Below the pieces are notes generated by a model. That model was not told the DNA's origin. It saw nothing but the letters and a program-made list of their open reading frames with translations, and did no database searches. This document shows positions 28,364 to 38,292 of a DNA stretch of 64,000 nt, one piece after another. The stretch lies in contig CBDBCY010000004.1 in NCBI GenBank assembly GCA_965203555.1, forward strand, positions 2,688,001-2,752,000, given 5' to 3'. A program made the position numbers and the translations under genes. How positions within the stretch are numbered: position 1 is the first letter of the stretch; every line of letters starts with the position of its first letter. This stretch comes from Acidimicrobiia bacterium (lineage in GTDB: Bacteria; Actinomycetota; Acidimicrobiia; Spongiisociales; ZC4RG35).

Positions 28364-30403
28364 TCAGCTGGTATAGCGGAGGTACTCGTAGCGGGTCATG
28401 TAGGGGTTCCAAGGCGCCGGCAGGCCCACCCAATCGAGATTGGAGGTGAACACCAGCACCGAGTCCACATAGCCGATCGGGATGCCGAGCGTCCGGTCGT
28501 AGATGTAGTCGAACACCGCGCCGTGCGCTGCGGCAACGTCCTCGGGGAAGACCTGCGCAACGCAAGTGTTCATCAGGTCGTTGAGTTCCTCCGACTCCCC
28601 GGTGTAACTGAAGAAGTCACCGGTCCGGGTGTAGTAGCCCAGCAGGGTGCAGGGGTTGTCGAAGAAGGGAGCGGAGTACACGAACGCCGAGTACGCGCCT
28701 GCCTGACCCGACAGGGCCTGATAGGTGCGGTAGTCGGTCTGTGAACTGTCGATCTGGACTCCCAGGGCCGCCTGCCATTGCTGGGCGACCGCCTGCATCA
28801 CCGCGCCGGTGTAGGTGAGCTGGGGGTGCTCAGCAAAGTCGACGGGTATCACCAGCTGGGAAGGATCGGGATAGCCGGCTTCAGCCAACAGTGCCCTGGC
28901 GGCTTCCGGATCGTAGCTGTCCACTTCACAATCGTCGTTGTATCCCGGGGCTGCGGGCCAGAAGGACTGGACGCAGGCGCCCTCGGTGGTTCCCCGGCCA
29001 CCGAACAGGAAGTCAATGATCTCTTGGCGGTCGATGGCCAGCGACAGGGCCTTGCGAATCTTGATGTTGTTCTCTTCGTTGTCAGAGGCCCACGGAGGTG
29101 TGTTGTCCGGGTCGTACGTGGGTTCCAGGTACTCGCCGGGGAGATACACCGAGGGGAAACGCACGCCCGAGAGCGACACGACCTTCAGGTCGGGATCGGC
29201 GTCGACGCGGGGGATGTCGTCGAAGGTGGTGGGGGCCATCTGGGCCTCTCCCGCGTCGATCATGGCAGCCATGGTGGCTTCCTCGGACACCACCCGGAAC
29301 TCGATGATCTCGATGCCCGGGGTCACCCGCCAGTGATTGTCGACCGCCTCGAACGCCACATGGACATCCAATTCATGACTGTGGAACTCGAACGGACCCG
29401 TGCCGATCGGGCGGAAGCTGGCTTCCTCCCTGCCCACTTCTTCCACATATCTCTTGGAGACGATGGGCATTGCCGGAATCACCTCGTTGAGGATGCTCGG
29501 AAGCTGGACATTGGGTTCTGTCAGATTGACGATCACTGTGTAGTCATCGGGAGTCTCGATGCTGTCAACCCGCGAGAAATCCGGCTTGTTGGGGTTCACG
29601 CTCTCATCCAGGATGGCCAATTCCATGCTGAACTTCACATCGGCAGAGGTCAACTCGCCCCATCCGTCGTGGAACTGGATGCCCTTGCGCAAAACGAAGG
29701 TGTACTGGGTGAAATCGTCGTTGTGGGACCAGGTCTCGGCCAACTGGCCGGAGCCCTGCACCACATCACCGGTCTGATAGTCGCGGCACAGCAAATACTC
29801 GTACATGGGCATCACCGTGGCCTGGCTCTGGAATGGAGCGGTTGGGCCGAGCCAGTTCTGGTTGCCGATGCTGCCGAAGGCGTACACGACAGTGCCCCGA
29901 GCCGTCTGATCGGCAGTGGAGGGCGGGATGCAGGCGTGGCCCCTCTGCGCCAGATTGGTCTTGGCTGCTGCTTCGGCCGCCAAGAGGGCCTCTTCGGCTT
30001 CCATTGCCTGCATGGAAGCTTCTTCGGCTGCCATTTCGGCCTCTTCCAGCGCCATGGCGGCTTCTTCAGCGGCCATCTCGGCTTCGGCCAAAGCGGCCTG
30101 GGCTTCCTCGTCGCCCGCTTCGGCAGCTGCTCTCACGGAATCCAGTTCTTCCTGGGCTGCCGCCAGCGCCGCTTCGGCTTCGGCCGCTTCTTCAGCGGCC
30201 ATTGCCTCGGCGTCGGCTGCTGCGGCCTGGGCTGCGGCCAGTTCCGCTTCGGCTGCGGCCTGGGCAGCGGCCGCCGCCTCTGCGGCTTCCTGCGCCGCAG
30301 CGGCTGCAGCATCCGCCTGGGATGTGTCCTCGCCTCCGCAGGCGGAAGCCAGGAGAGCCAGGGCGGTCAGCACTGCCAGAACGGACAGTCGGGTTTTCTT
30401 CAT
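28364..30403 (-). CDS. ABC transporter family-5 substrate-binding lipoprotein with Ala/Glu-rich linker
   Basis: Lipobox ASAC; LAETW, LRKGIQFHDG, PIGTGPF, IRKALSLAIDRQEI; paralog of 25122-27071. Confidence 0.9.
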   Translation of the reverse strand: MKKTRLSVLAVLTALALLASACGGEDTSQADAAAAAAQEAAEAAAAAQAAAEAELAAAQAAAADAEAMAAEEAAEAEAALAAAQEELDSVRAAAEAGDEEAQAALAEAEMAAEEAAMALEEAEMAAEEASMQAMEAEEALLAAEAAAKTNLAQRGHACIPPSTADQTARGTVVYAFGSIGNQNWLGPTAPFQSQATVMPMYEYLLCRDYQTGDVVQGSGQLAETWSHNDDFTQYTFVLRKGIQFHDGWGELTSADVKFSMELAILDESVNPNKPDFSRVDSIETPDDYTVIVNLTEPNVQLPSILNEVIPAMPIVSKRYVEEVGREEASFRPIGTGPFEFHSHELDVHVAFEAVDNHWRVTPGIEIIEFRVVSEEATMAAMIDAGEAQMAPTTFDDIPRVDADPDLKVVSLSGVRFPSVYLPGEYLEPTYDPDNTPPWASDNEENNIKIRKALSLAIDRQEIIDFLFGGRGTTEGACVQSFWPAAPGYNDDCEVDSYDPEAARALLAEAGYPDPSQLVIPVDFAEHPQLTYTGAVMQAVAQQWQAALGVQIDSSQTDYRTYQALSGQAGAYSAFVYSAPFFDNPCTLLGYYTRTGDFFSYTGESEELNDLMNTCVAQVFPEDVAAAHGAVFDYIYDRTLGIPIGYVDSVLVFTSNLDWVGLPAPWNPYMTRYEYLRYTS

Positions 30404-30628
30404 GGGTTCTCCTTTCTAGGGGAAGTCAACTAAACGTGAAATATCGTTCTCGTTGGCATTCCTTGATTTGCTGTCATATGGTATACGAAAGTCTTTGCCG
30501 GCATCCTGGGAAAGGACGGCATTACCCTGATTCGTCATGAGGGGTGGGTGGTGGGGTGTGAAATGTGTGCGGGTGACCTTCTGACCTGCGATAATAGGAG
30601 ATTTCACAGTACGACTCCCGTGTGTCAG

Positions 30629-30668
30629 GAGGTTCACCCGCATGGTGAGAGGTTCACCCGCATGGTGA
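30629..30668 (+). repeat. Perfect 20-bp tandem repeat (x2), each unit containing an inverted repeat
   Basis: GAGGTTCACCCGCATGGTGA twice; internal TCACC-N5-GGTGA. Confidence 0.85.
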
Positions 30669-30922
30669 AAGGCTAGCAGTGTCAGTTCGGTGAGGGTGGT
30701 GGGGGATGTGGGGTTGCATGTGTTGGGCCGGTTTGCTGACCGGTGGGACGTGACCGGTGCCCTGTCGGGTGAACCGCCCTGGAGGATCTGGGAAGTTCCA
30801 CCGCTGTCGCAGCCCCCTGGCCGCAAGCCGTCTGCTGTGCTCTTTGGGAGATCAGGGGCGGTCTTGGCGAGTGTTCGGGTTTTCTATACTGACAAACGGG
30901 TGTCTGGTTCAGTTTCTTGCAC

Positions 30923-31288
30923 ATGACCGCATATTTCGAGAACTACCTCTTCGTGGCCGCTTTTGCCTTGCTGGGGGCGGTGCTGGTGCTGATCATGCTG
31001 GGAGTGGCGTCTATTCTTCGACCCCACAAGCCCACCGACGCCAAGAAGCTCACCTACGAGTGCGGGGTGGATCCGGTGGGTGAAGGCTGGAACCAGACCT
31101 ATGTCCGCTACTATGTGTTCGGCCTGCTGTTCGTGATTTTCGACGTGGAGGCGGCGTTCATATTCCCGTGGGCGATCCTGGCCGAGGAGTTGGGTGTGTT
31201 CGGGCTGGTGGCGATCATCATCTTCATGCTCACCCTGGTAGAGGGGTTGTTCTACGCCATCAAGAAGGGAGTCCTGCGGTGGGAGTGA
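30923..31288 (+). CDS. nuoA: NADH-quinone oxidoreductase subunit A
   Basis: [27 protein letters not shown]. Confidence 0.95.
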   Translation: MTAYFENYLFVAAFALLGAVLVLIMLGVASILRPHKPTDAKKLTYECGVDPVGEGWNQTYVRYYVFGLLFVIFDVEAAFIFPWAILAEELGVFGLVAIIIFMLTLVEGLFYAIKKGVLRWE

Positions 31289-31776
31289 TCCAGCGTTTCG
31301 GAGTTCCCCGCCCGGTCAGTTGGCTGCTCAACTGGTCGCGCCGGTATTCGCTGTGGATGTTCCAGTTCGGCCTGGCCTGCTGCGCCATCGAGATGATGGC
31401 GGCGTCGGGACCCCGCTATGACTTCATGCGGTTTGGCATCATCCCGCTGCCCGCCTCGCCCCGGCAGGCCGACCTGATGGTGGTGGCGGGGACCGTCACC
31501 GACAAGATGGCGCCGGCGGTGAAGCGGCTGTACGATCAGATGCCCGAGCCCAAATACGTGATCTCGATGGGGTCCTGCTCCAACTGCGGGGGTCCCTACT
31601 GGGATTCCTACTCGGTCACCAAGGGAGTGGACCAGATCATTCCGGTGGATGTTTACGTGCCGGGTTGCCCTCCCCGGCCCGAGGCGCTGATGGACGGGAT
31701 AGTCCTGTTGCAGGAAAAGATCAAGAACGAAGACATTAAAGAAAAGTGGAACGAGCGTGACCCCCAGCCCGTCTGA
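31279..31776 (+). CDS. nuoB: NADH-quinone oxidoreductase subunit B
   Basis: [30 protein letters not shown]; GTG start overlapping nuoA. Confidence 0.95.
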   Translation: MGVIQRFGVPRPVSWLLNWSRRYSLWMFQFGLACCAIEMMAASGPRYDFMRFGIIPLPASPRQADLMVVAGTVTDKMAPAVKRLYDQMPEPKYVISMGSCSNCGGPYWDSYSVTKGVDQIIPVDVYVPGCPPRPEALMDGIVLLQEKIKNEDIKEKWNERDPQPV

Positions 31777-32344
31777 TGTTGAGATGACAGAGGCCGACGG
31801 CGCCGGAGACGGTCGACCGCTGGTGGAACGGGTCGCCGAAGCGGTGGGCGGTGCGGCCTTGGATGCCCTGGAAACCGCCAAGGTGGGAGTATCCGCCGAT
31901 CGATGGGTGCAGACCGTGCGCATGGCGCGCGACGAATTGGGACTGGGTTTTTTCTCCTGGCTGTCAGCCATCCACTGGGCCAACGATCCGCAGGTGGGAG
32001 ACGCCCTGTCGCAGCAGGTGCCCGAGCGCTTCGAACTTCTGTGCGCCGTCTCCGATGTGACCGCCGGCGAACTGGTGGTGTTCTCCACCGACTTGGAGGC
32101 CGACGACCCCACGGTGGACAGTCTGATCGAGATCTACCCGGGCGCCGACTGGCACGAGCGAGAGGCGCGGGAGATGTTCGGGATTACTTTCGTCGGCCAC
32201 CCCCGGCCGGAGAACCTCTACCTTCCCAACGGGTTCGTGGGGAACCCGCTGCTCAAGTCCTTTCCTTTGCTCAGCAGGGAAGTGAAGCCCTGGCCGGGAG
32301 ATGTGGATGTGGAGGAGATGCCGTCCGATGGGGGAGGCGCCTGA
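31757..32344 (+). CDS. nuoC: NADH-quinone oxidoreductase subunit C
   Basis: [30 protein letters not shown]. Confidence 0.92.
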   Translation: MTPSPSDVEMTEADGAGDGRPLVERVAEAVGGAALDALETAKVGVSADRWVQTVRMARDELGLGFFSWLSAIHWANDPQVGDALSQQVPERFELLCAVSDVTAGELVVFSTDLEADDPTVDSLIEIYPGADWHEREAREMFGITFVGHPRPENLYLPNGFVGNPLLKSFPLLSREVKPWPGDVDVEEMPSDGGGA

Positions 32345-32345
32345 G

Positions 32346-33536
32346 ATGACCGTGGCCCCCGAAATGGTGAGGAACCTGGCCGGAGCAGCCGTCTCCGTGG
32401 AACTGGAGACTCCCGACATGACCCTCAACATCGGTCCCCAGCATCCGTCGACGCACGGGGTTCTGCGCCTGGTGGCGAAGGTGGACGGGGAGCGGGCTTT
32501 CGATGTGCAGCCGGTGATCGGATACATGCACCGGGGCTACGAAAAGCTATCGGAGGTGCGAACCTACCCGCAGATCACCGCTTTGATCAACCGGATCGAC
32601 TGGGTGTCGGGCTACGCCAACGAGATCCCTTTCATCGTGGCCGCCGAGCGATTGTTGGGAGTGGAACCGCCCGAGCGGGCCCAGTTCATCCGGCTGATCC
32701 TCACCGAGATGGCCCGCATATCATCACACCTGGTTTTCCAGGCGTCCTATCCGCTGGAATTGGGGGCGGCCACCCCGCTGTTCTTCGCCCTGCGGGAGCG
32801 GGAGCGGGTGCTGGATCTGATCGAGATGGTGACCGGTGGACGGTTCCATCCCAATTTCAATCGCATCGGCGGGGTGAAGCCGGCAGTGGGAGCGGGGCCC
32901 ACCACCCGAAAGACCGTCCAGGACCTCCCGGCCGGTTTCCTGGCGGAGACCCGGGACGCCATGGACCGGGTGCTGTCCACCGCCGATCAACTGGAGGATT
33001 TGGTGGCCGGCAACGAGATAGTCCTGGCTCGAACCAAGGGCATCGGGATTCTCCCGCCCGAGGTGGCGATCGCCTACGGTGTCTCGGGACCCAACCTGCG
33101 AGCCTCCGGCGTCGGGTTCGACCTTAGAAATGTCTCCGACTACCTGCCCTATCACCTCTTTGACTTCCGGGTTCCCACCGGACAGGTGGGCGACTGCTGG
33201 GACCGGTGGTGGGTGCGCCTTGAAGAGATACGCCAGTCGGCTTCCATCGTTCGCCAGGCAGTGGACTCCATTCCCTCCGGTCCGCTTCAGGCCAAAGTGC
33301 CCCGCATCATCAAGGTCCCGGCCGGGGAGATCTACGTGCGGGCCGAGAACCCCAAGGGGGAGATGGGGTATTACGTGGTCTCCGACGGGGGTTTGGGTCC
33401 CTACCGGCTCAAGATCCGCTCCGCTTCCTTTTCCAACATCTCCATCCTGCCCTGGGCACTGGAAGGGACCCTGGTGCCTGACATCATCGCCATCATGGGT
33501 TCGCTCGACTTCGTGCTGGGAGACGTGGACCGATGA
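32346..33536 (+). CDS. nuoD: NADH-quinone oxidoreductase subunit D
   Basis: NIGPQHPSTHGVLRL, GYMHRGYEK, ENPKGEMG, DFVLGDVDR. Confidence 0.95.
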   Translation: MTVAPEMVRNLAGAAVSVELETPDMTLNIGPQHPSTHGVLRLVAKVDGERAFDVQPVIGYMHRGYEKLSEVRTYPQITALINRIDWVSGYANEIPFIVAAERLLGVEPPERAQFIRLILTEMARISSHLVFQASYPLELGAATPLFFALRERERVLDLIEMVTGGRFHPNFNRIGGVKPAVGAGPTTRKTVQDLPAGFLAETRDAMDRVLSTADQLEDLVAGNEIVLARTKGIGILPPEVAIAYGVSGPNLRASGVGFDLRNVSDYLPYHLFDFRVPTGQVGDCWDRWWVRLEEIRQSASIVRQAVDSIPSGPLQAKVPRIIKVPAGEIYVRAENPKGEMGYYVVSDGGLGPYRLKIRSASFSNISILPWALEGTLVPDIIAIMGSLDFVLGDVDR

Positions 33537-33888
33537 ACCTGCAAACCCTCCCAAGGCCCTTCCACCCCGCGAAAAGCATCCCTGACTCGCGAAAACCGCT
33601 TACACCCTCCTTCCCGCCGGGCCCTCCCCCGCCACCACCTTGCCGAGGTTCGAACGCGGGGAGGCGGGGTCGGGGACGAGGCGGACGCCCGTCGCCCGGT
33701 TCGAGGTATGACCTGTTGCGGTCCGCTGACGCCGGGGCGGGCCGGGAGGTTTTTGTGACTGCTTTCAGTATGTCGAGGGCCTGGGACAGTTTCAAGCCCA
33801 CGGGGGCTCTTTTGGCCGTAAGGGGCGGTGAGAATGTTTCGCGACTTCACGGGGTGTGCGGTCAAAGTGGAAATCGGGACGAGGTTTT
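33537..33888. mobile_element. Non-autonomous palindromic (MITE/REP-like) insertion between nuoD and nuoH
   Basis: Flanked by CCGATGA direct repeats (33530-33536, 33889-33895); nested inverted arms 33563-33573/33846-33856 and 33587-33594/33837-33844; homologous fragment at 14618-14715. Confidence 0.6.
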
Positions 33889-33891
33889 CCG

Positions 33892-34896
33892 ATGAGTCCC
33901 TGGCTGGCGCTGGCGATCTGGCTGGTGGTGGTGGCCACCATCATCCCGGTGATGGGGATGGCGATCGGCTATGCGGAGATGAAGATATCCGCCCACATGC
34001 AGAGCCGGATCGGTCCCTACTTCGCGGGCGGCCGGTTCGGATGGGCGCAGTTGATCGCCGACGGCGTCAAGTTCTTCCAGAAAGAGGACATCGTCCCCGA
34101 CAACGCCGACCGTGCGGTCTTCAAGATGGCGCCGGTGCTGGTGATGGTGGGAACGGTGGGGCTGTTCGTGGTGATCCCCTTCGGGCCGGGGTTGACCCCC
34201 CAGAACCTCGACCTGGGCATCTTCTATGCCCTCGCCATCTCCTCGATTGGGACCATCGGGGTGCTGATGGCGGGGTGGTCGTCGGGGAACAAGTATTCGT
34301 TGATCGGGGGCTTGCGGGCCGCCGGGCAGTTGATCGCCTACGAACTGCCCTTGGTCTTGGCGGTGGTGGGAGTGGTGATCCTGGCCGGAACCATGAGCCT
34401 CGACGGGATAGTGCAGGCCCAGATCTCGTGGTTCTCCGAGGCCGGCTGGGGACTGGGGATGCCGTTCGTGATCGTCCAGGCGGTGGGCCTGGGAGTGTTC
34501 TTCATAGCCAGCCTGGCGGAGTTGTCCCGCATTCCGTTCGACATGCCCATCGCCGAGTCGGAGTTGGTGATGGGGTATCTCACCGAATACTCGGGCTTTC
34601 GTTTCCTGTTCTTCTTCCTGGCCGAGTTCGCCAACATGTTCACCCTCTCGGCGATCGCCGCCACCCTGTTTCTGGGCGGCTACTGGGTGCCCGGGGTCCC
34701 CGACAACATCCTGCAGTTCGTGGGGCCACTGGTGCTCCTGGGCAAGATCGCCCTGTTCGTGTTCGTCAGCATCTGGTTGCGGTGGACGTTCCCGCGCTTT
34801 CGGGAAGACCAGTTGCAGACCCTGGCCTGGAAGTGGCTGGTGCCGATCTCTTTGGCCAACATCATCGTTACCGGGATCCTGAAGGTGGTGATCTAG
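33892..34896 (+). CDS. nuoH: NADH-quinone oxidoreductase subunit H
   Basis: QSRIGP, IADGVKFFQKED, NKYSLIGGLRAAGQLIAYE, RIPFDMPIAESELV, PRFREDQL. Confidence 0.95.
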   Translation: MSPWLALAIWLVVVATIIPVMGMAIGYAEMKISAHMQSRIGPYFAGGRFGWAQLIADGVKFFQKEDIVPDNADRAVFKMAPVLVMVGTVGLFVVIPFGPGLTPQNLDLGIFYALAISSIGTIGVLMAGWSSGNKYSLIGGLRAAGQLIAYELPLVLAVVGVVILAGTMSLDGIVQAQISWFSEAGWGLGMPFVIVQAVGLGVFFIASLAELSRIPFDMPIAESELVMGYLTEYSGFRFLFFFLAEFANMFTLSAIAATLFLGGYWVPGVPDNILQFVGPLVLLGKIALFVFVSIWLRWTFPRFREDQLQTLAWKWLVPISLANIIVTGILKVVI

Positions 34897-35370
34897 ATGA
34901 AACCCCGGATGCCTGTCATACCCGGAAAGGGGCTTGTCAAGGGTATGAAGGTGACCCTCAAGACCCTTTTCACGCGACCGGTCACCGTCAACTATCCCAA
35001 GGTGAAGGAGACCCCGGTGCCCCGGGCACGGGGCGTGATCGCCCTGGATCCGGATGCCTGCACGGTCTGCATGCTGTGCGCCCGCCAGTGCCCCGACTGG
35101 TGCATCTACATAGAGGGACACAAGGAGGAGCGTCCCCCTTCCCGTCCGGGCGGCCGACCCCGGGTGCGCGCCACGCTCGACCGTTTCGACATCGACTACG
35201 CCCTGTGCATGTACTGCGGCATCTGCGTGGAGGTCTGTCCCTTCGACGCCCTGTTCTGGAGCCCCGACTACGAGTACTCCGAAACGGAGATGGGAGAGAT
35301 GCTCCACGACCAGGATCGCCTCCTCGAATGGCTGGACACGGTGCCCGCCGCTCCGGCCCTGGAGAAGTAG
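34897..35370 (+). CDS. nuoI: NADH-quinone oxidoreductase subunit I
   Basis: Two 4Fe-4S motifs [12 protein letters not shown] and [12 protein letters not shown]. Confidence 0.95.
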   Translation: MKPRMPVIPGKGLVKGMKVTLKTLFTRPVTVNYPKVKETPVPRARGVIALDPDACTVCMLCARQCPDWCIYIEGHKEERPPSRPGGRPRVRATLDRFDIDYALCMYCGICVEVCPFDALFWSPDYEYSETEMGEMLHDQDRLLEWLDTVPAAPALEK

Positions 35371-35925
35371 ATGGGACTCGAGGACTGGATAGCCGAGCCT
35401 CTCAACTGGGTGTTCGCGGCCATTGCCCTGGCCACGGCGGCCTCGGGATTTCGAGTGGTTACCTCTCCCAACGTGGTTCACGCCGCTCTGTTCCTGGTCG
35501 CCGCCCTGGCCGGCACCGCCGCGCTGTTCCTGTTGCTCTCGGCCGAATTCCTGGCCTGGGTTTTGGTGCTGGTCTACATCGGAGCGGTGATCGTTCTGTT
35601 CCTGTTCGGGATCATGATCACCCGGGCGCCCACCGGGCGCGACGATTCCAATCTGGATCACAAGCGCCGCCTGCCCGCCGCGCTGGTCTCGCTGGCGCTG
35701 CTGGCGCTGTTGTTGTGGGGTCTGATCTCGCAGTGGGGAGACACCACCATCGAAAGGATCACCGCCGGGACTCCCACCACCGTGCTGGGCGAGGGTCTGC
35801 TGGGTCGCTTTGTGTTCCCGTTCGAGGTGGTGGGTTTCGTGCTGCTGGCCGCGCTGGTGGGCGGCATCACCATCGCCCGCCGGGATCTGAGCCCCGCCGA
35901 GGAGAGGGAGCGGGAGGCGAAGTGA
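35371..35925 (+). CDS. nuoJ: NADH-quinone oxidoreductase subunit J
   Basis: NVVHAALFL, AEFLA..LVYIGAV, FPFE. Confidence 0.93.
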   Translation: MGLEDWIAEPLNWVFAAIALATAASGFRVVTSPNVVHAALFLVAALAGTAALFLLLSAEFLAWVLVLVYIGAVIVLFLFGIMITRAPTGRDDSNLDHKRRLPAALVSLALLALLLWGLISQWGDTTIERITAGTPTTVLGEGLLGRFVFPFEVVGFVLLAALVGGITIARRDLSPAEEREREAK

Positions 35926-36227
35926 TCCTCAACCAGTTCCTCATCCTGGCAGCGATCCTGTTCGTCATGGGGGTTTACGGGCTGCTGGTTCGCCGCAACG
36001 CGGTGATGGTGCTCCTGTCGGTGGAATTGATGCTGGCGGCGGTCAATATCAACCTGGTGGCGATGGAGGCATTCTGGCAGACCACCGAAGCCCTGGGACA
36101 GATCATGGCAGTGTTCATCATCACCGTGGCCGCCGCCGAAGTGGGGATCGGCTTGGCCATCATCCTGCTGATCTTTCGCAACCGACGCTCGGCGAACGTG
36201 GATGAACTGGACCTGATGAGATGGTGA
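35922..36227 (+). CDS. nuoK: NADH-quinone oxidoreductase subunit K
   Basis: RRNAVMVLLSVELML, VAAAEVGIGLAI; GTGA overlap with nuoJ. Confidence 0.95.
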   Translation: MILNQFLILAAILFVMGVYGLLVRRNAVMVLLSVELMLAAVNINLVAMEAFWQTTEALGQIMAVFIITVAAAEVGIGLAIILLIFRNRRSANVDELDLMRW

Positions 36228-38269
36228 ACGTGGGCCTTGCCACGATCTATCTGGCCGCCGAGGAGGGCGGCGCCGTCCATGCCGGAACCGGCGGGATATG
36301 GTCGGAGTGGGCAGGGCTGATGCTGATCGGACCGATGCTGGCGTTCGCGGTGATCGTCATGTTCGGCAAGAGGATGAAGTACCAGGGCGCCGAGGTTGCC
36401 ATCGGGGTGATGGCCTTCAACCTGGTCTGGTCCACGGTGTTGCTGGTCCTCAACATGGGGAACGAGGGGGTGCTGTACGAACGGAGCATCGAGATCGCCC
36501 GGGTGGGCGGGGGGTTGGTGTTCGAATTGGGCTGGATGGTGGACGGCCTCTCGATCATGATGTACTGGGTGGTGGCGGCGGTGGGGCTGGCGGTGTTCGT
36601 CTACGCCCACGGCTACATGAAGGGCGAGATCCGGGTGACGTTCTTCTTCGCCGCCCTGTCTCTGTTCGCCGGGTCGATGCTGGTGCTGGTGGGAAGCCCC
36701 AACCTGGTGCAGTTGATCATCGGCTGGGAGGGCGTCGGATTGGCGTCCTATCTGTTGATCGGCCACTACTGGGAAGAGAAGGAGAACTCCTCGGCGGCAA
36801 TGAAGGCGTTTTACACCAACAAGGTGGCGGACGTCGGTCTGATCATCGGGGTGATCATCATCGGCGTCGTGTTGGGATCGTTCCACTACTGGGACCTGGC
36901 CGCCGCCGCGGCCGAGCACAGTGATCTCCTGGGGCCGGTGGCGGTGACGGCGGCGATCCTTTTATTCATAGGGGCGATGGGCAAGAGCGCCCAATTCCCC
37001 TTCCACATCTGGTTGCCCGACGCCATGGCCGGTCCCACCCCGGTGTCGGCTCTGATGCACGCCGCCACCATGGTCACCGCCGGCATCTACCTGATGGCCC
37101 GCACCTTCCCGCTCTACCAGGAACTGGCCACCGCCGCCCGGCCTTGGATGATCGCGGCGGGAACCATCACCCTGTTCGGCATGGGCCTGCTGGCGTTGGT
37201 GGTTGACGACATCAAGAGGGTGCTGGCCTACTCCACGGTGAGCCAACTCGGCTACATGATGACCGCGGTGGCGGCGGGGGGATACACCGCCGGGCTCTTC
37301 CATCTCTTCACCCATGCCTTCTTCAAGGCGCTGCTGTTCCTGGGCGCTGGCTCGGCGATCCATGCCGTCCACTCCAACAACATGTCCGACATGGGGGGCC
37401 TGCGCCGCCACATGCCCCACACCTACCGCACCTTCGTGATCGGCTCGCTGGCGCTGGCGGGGATATTCCCCCTGTCGGGCTTCTGGTCGAAGGACGAGAT
37501 ACTGGCCACCCTGGGATACGAGGGATACAACCTGGTGATGTGGATAGCGGTGGCCGGAGCGTTCGTAACCGCCTTCTACATGGCCCGGGCGGTCTCGCTC
37601 ACCTTCTTCGGGGAATACCGGGGTCACGGGCATCCTCACGAGTCGCCGCGCATCATGACCGGACCGCTGTGGGCGCTGGCGATACCGGCCGCAGTGGCGG
37701 GCCTGGTGAACATCCCCGGCCTCAAGCTGCCGTTGATCGGTAGCTTCACCTCCTGGCTCTCGGTGCGAAGCGTTCCCATGGGCGACCATCACGCCGAATC
37801 CGTCGACCTTGCCCTGGCCGCCGCCGGCCTGGCCGCGGCCGTCGCAGGGCTGTGGCTGGGCTGGAGAGCGTTCGGGCCTGCTGCCGCCCAACGCCGCGCC
37901 GAGCGCGACTGGGTGGAGATTCCGCTGCTCTACCCGCTGCTCCGTCAGAAGTACTACCTGGATCATGCCGCCCTGGGGCTGGTCTGGACCATTCGCTCTC
38001 CCATGGCGAGGGCGGTGAACTGGGTGAACGACTACGTGATCGACGGGGTGGTGAACATGGTGGGGGCTCTTTGTCAAGGCTTGGCCTCTCTGGTGTACGG
38101 CGGCGTGGACCAGCGGGGCATCGACGGGGTGGTGCACGGAGTGTCGTACGGCGCTTCGGGGATGGGGGGCCTGCTGCGCCGGATTCAGAGTGGCCGGGTC
38201 CAACAGTATGCTGGCCTGCTGGTGGCGGGTCTGCTGGTGCTGGTGGTCGTGGTCCTGTTCGTCCTATGA
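36221..38269 (+). CDS. nuoL: NADH-quinone oxidoreductase subunit L
   Basis: GWEGVGLASYLLIG, GKSAQFPFHIWLPDAMAGPTPVSAL, HAFFKALLFL. Confidence 0.95.
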   Translation: MVNVGLATIYLAAEEGGAVHAGTGGIWSEWAGLMLIGPMLAFAVIVMFGKRMKYQGAEVAIGVMAFNLVWSTVLLVLNMGNEGVLYERSIEIARVGGGLVFELGWMVDGLSIMMYWVVAAVGLAVFVYAHGYMKGEIRVTFFFAALSLFAGSMLVLVGSPNLVQLIIGWEGVGLASYLLIGHYWEEKENSSAAMKAFYTNKVADVGLIIGVIIIGVVLGSFHYWDLAAAAAEHSDLLGPVAVTAAILLFIGAMGKSAQFPFHIWLPDAMAGPTPVSALMHAATMVTAGIYLMARTFPLYQELATAARPWMIAAGTITLFGMGLLALVVDDIKRVLAYSTVSQLGYMMTAVAAGGYTAGLFHLFTHAFFKALLFLGAGSAIHAVHSNNMSDMGGLRRHMPHTYRTFVIGSLALAGIFPLSGFWSKDEILATLGYEGYNLVMWIAVAGAFVTAFYMARAVSLTFFGEYRGHGHPHESPRIMTGPLWALAIPAAVAGLVNIPGLKLPLIGSFTSWLSVRSVPMGDHHAESVDLALAAAGLAAAVAGLWLGWRAFGPAAAQRRAERDWVEIPLLYPLLRQKYYLDHAALGLVWTIRSPMARAVNWVNDYVIDGVVNMVGALCQGLASLVYGGVDQRGIDGVVHGVSYGASGMGGLLRRIQSGRVQQYAGLLVAGLLVLVVVVLFVL

Positions 38270-38292
38270 GATACGGTATGGGAGACTGATAC

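Noticed and set aside
30629-30668. CRISPR-like repeat
   Set aside because: Only two abutting 20-bp units, no spacers and no cas genes.
33828-35921. 799-aa ORF ending in NuoK sequence
   Set aside because: Out-of-frame shadow of nuoH/I/J in GC-rich DNA; only 35922-36227 is NuoK.
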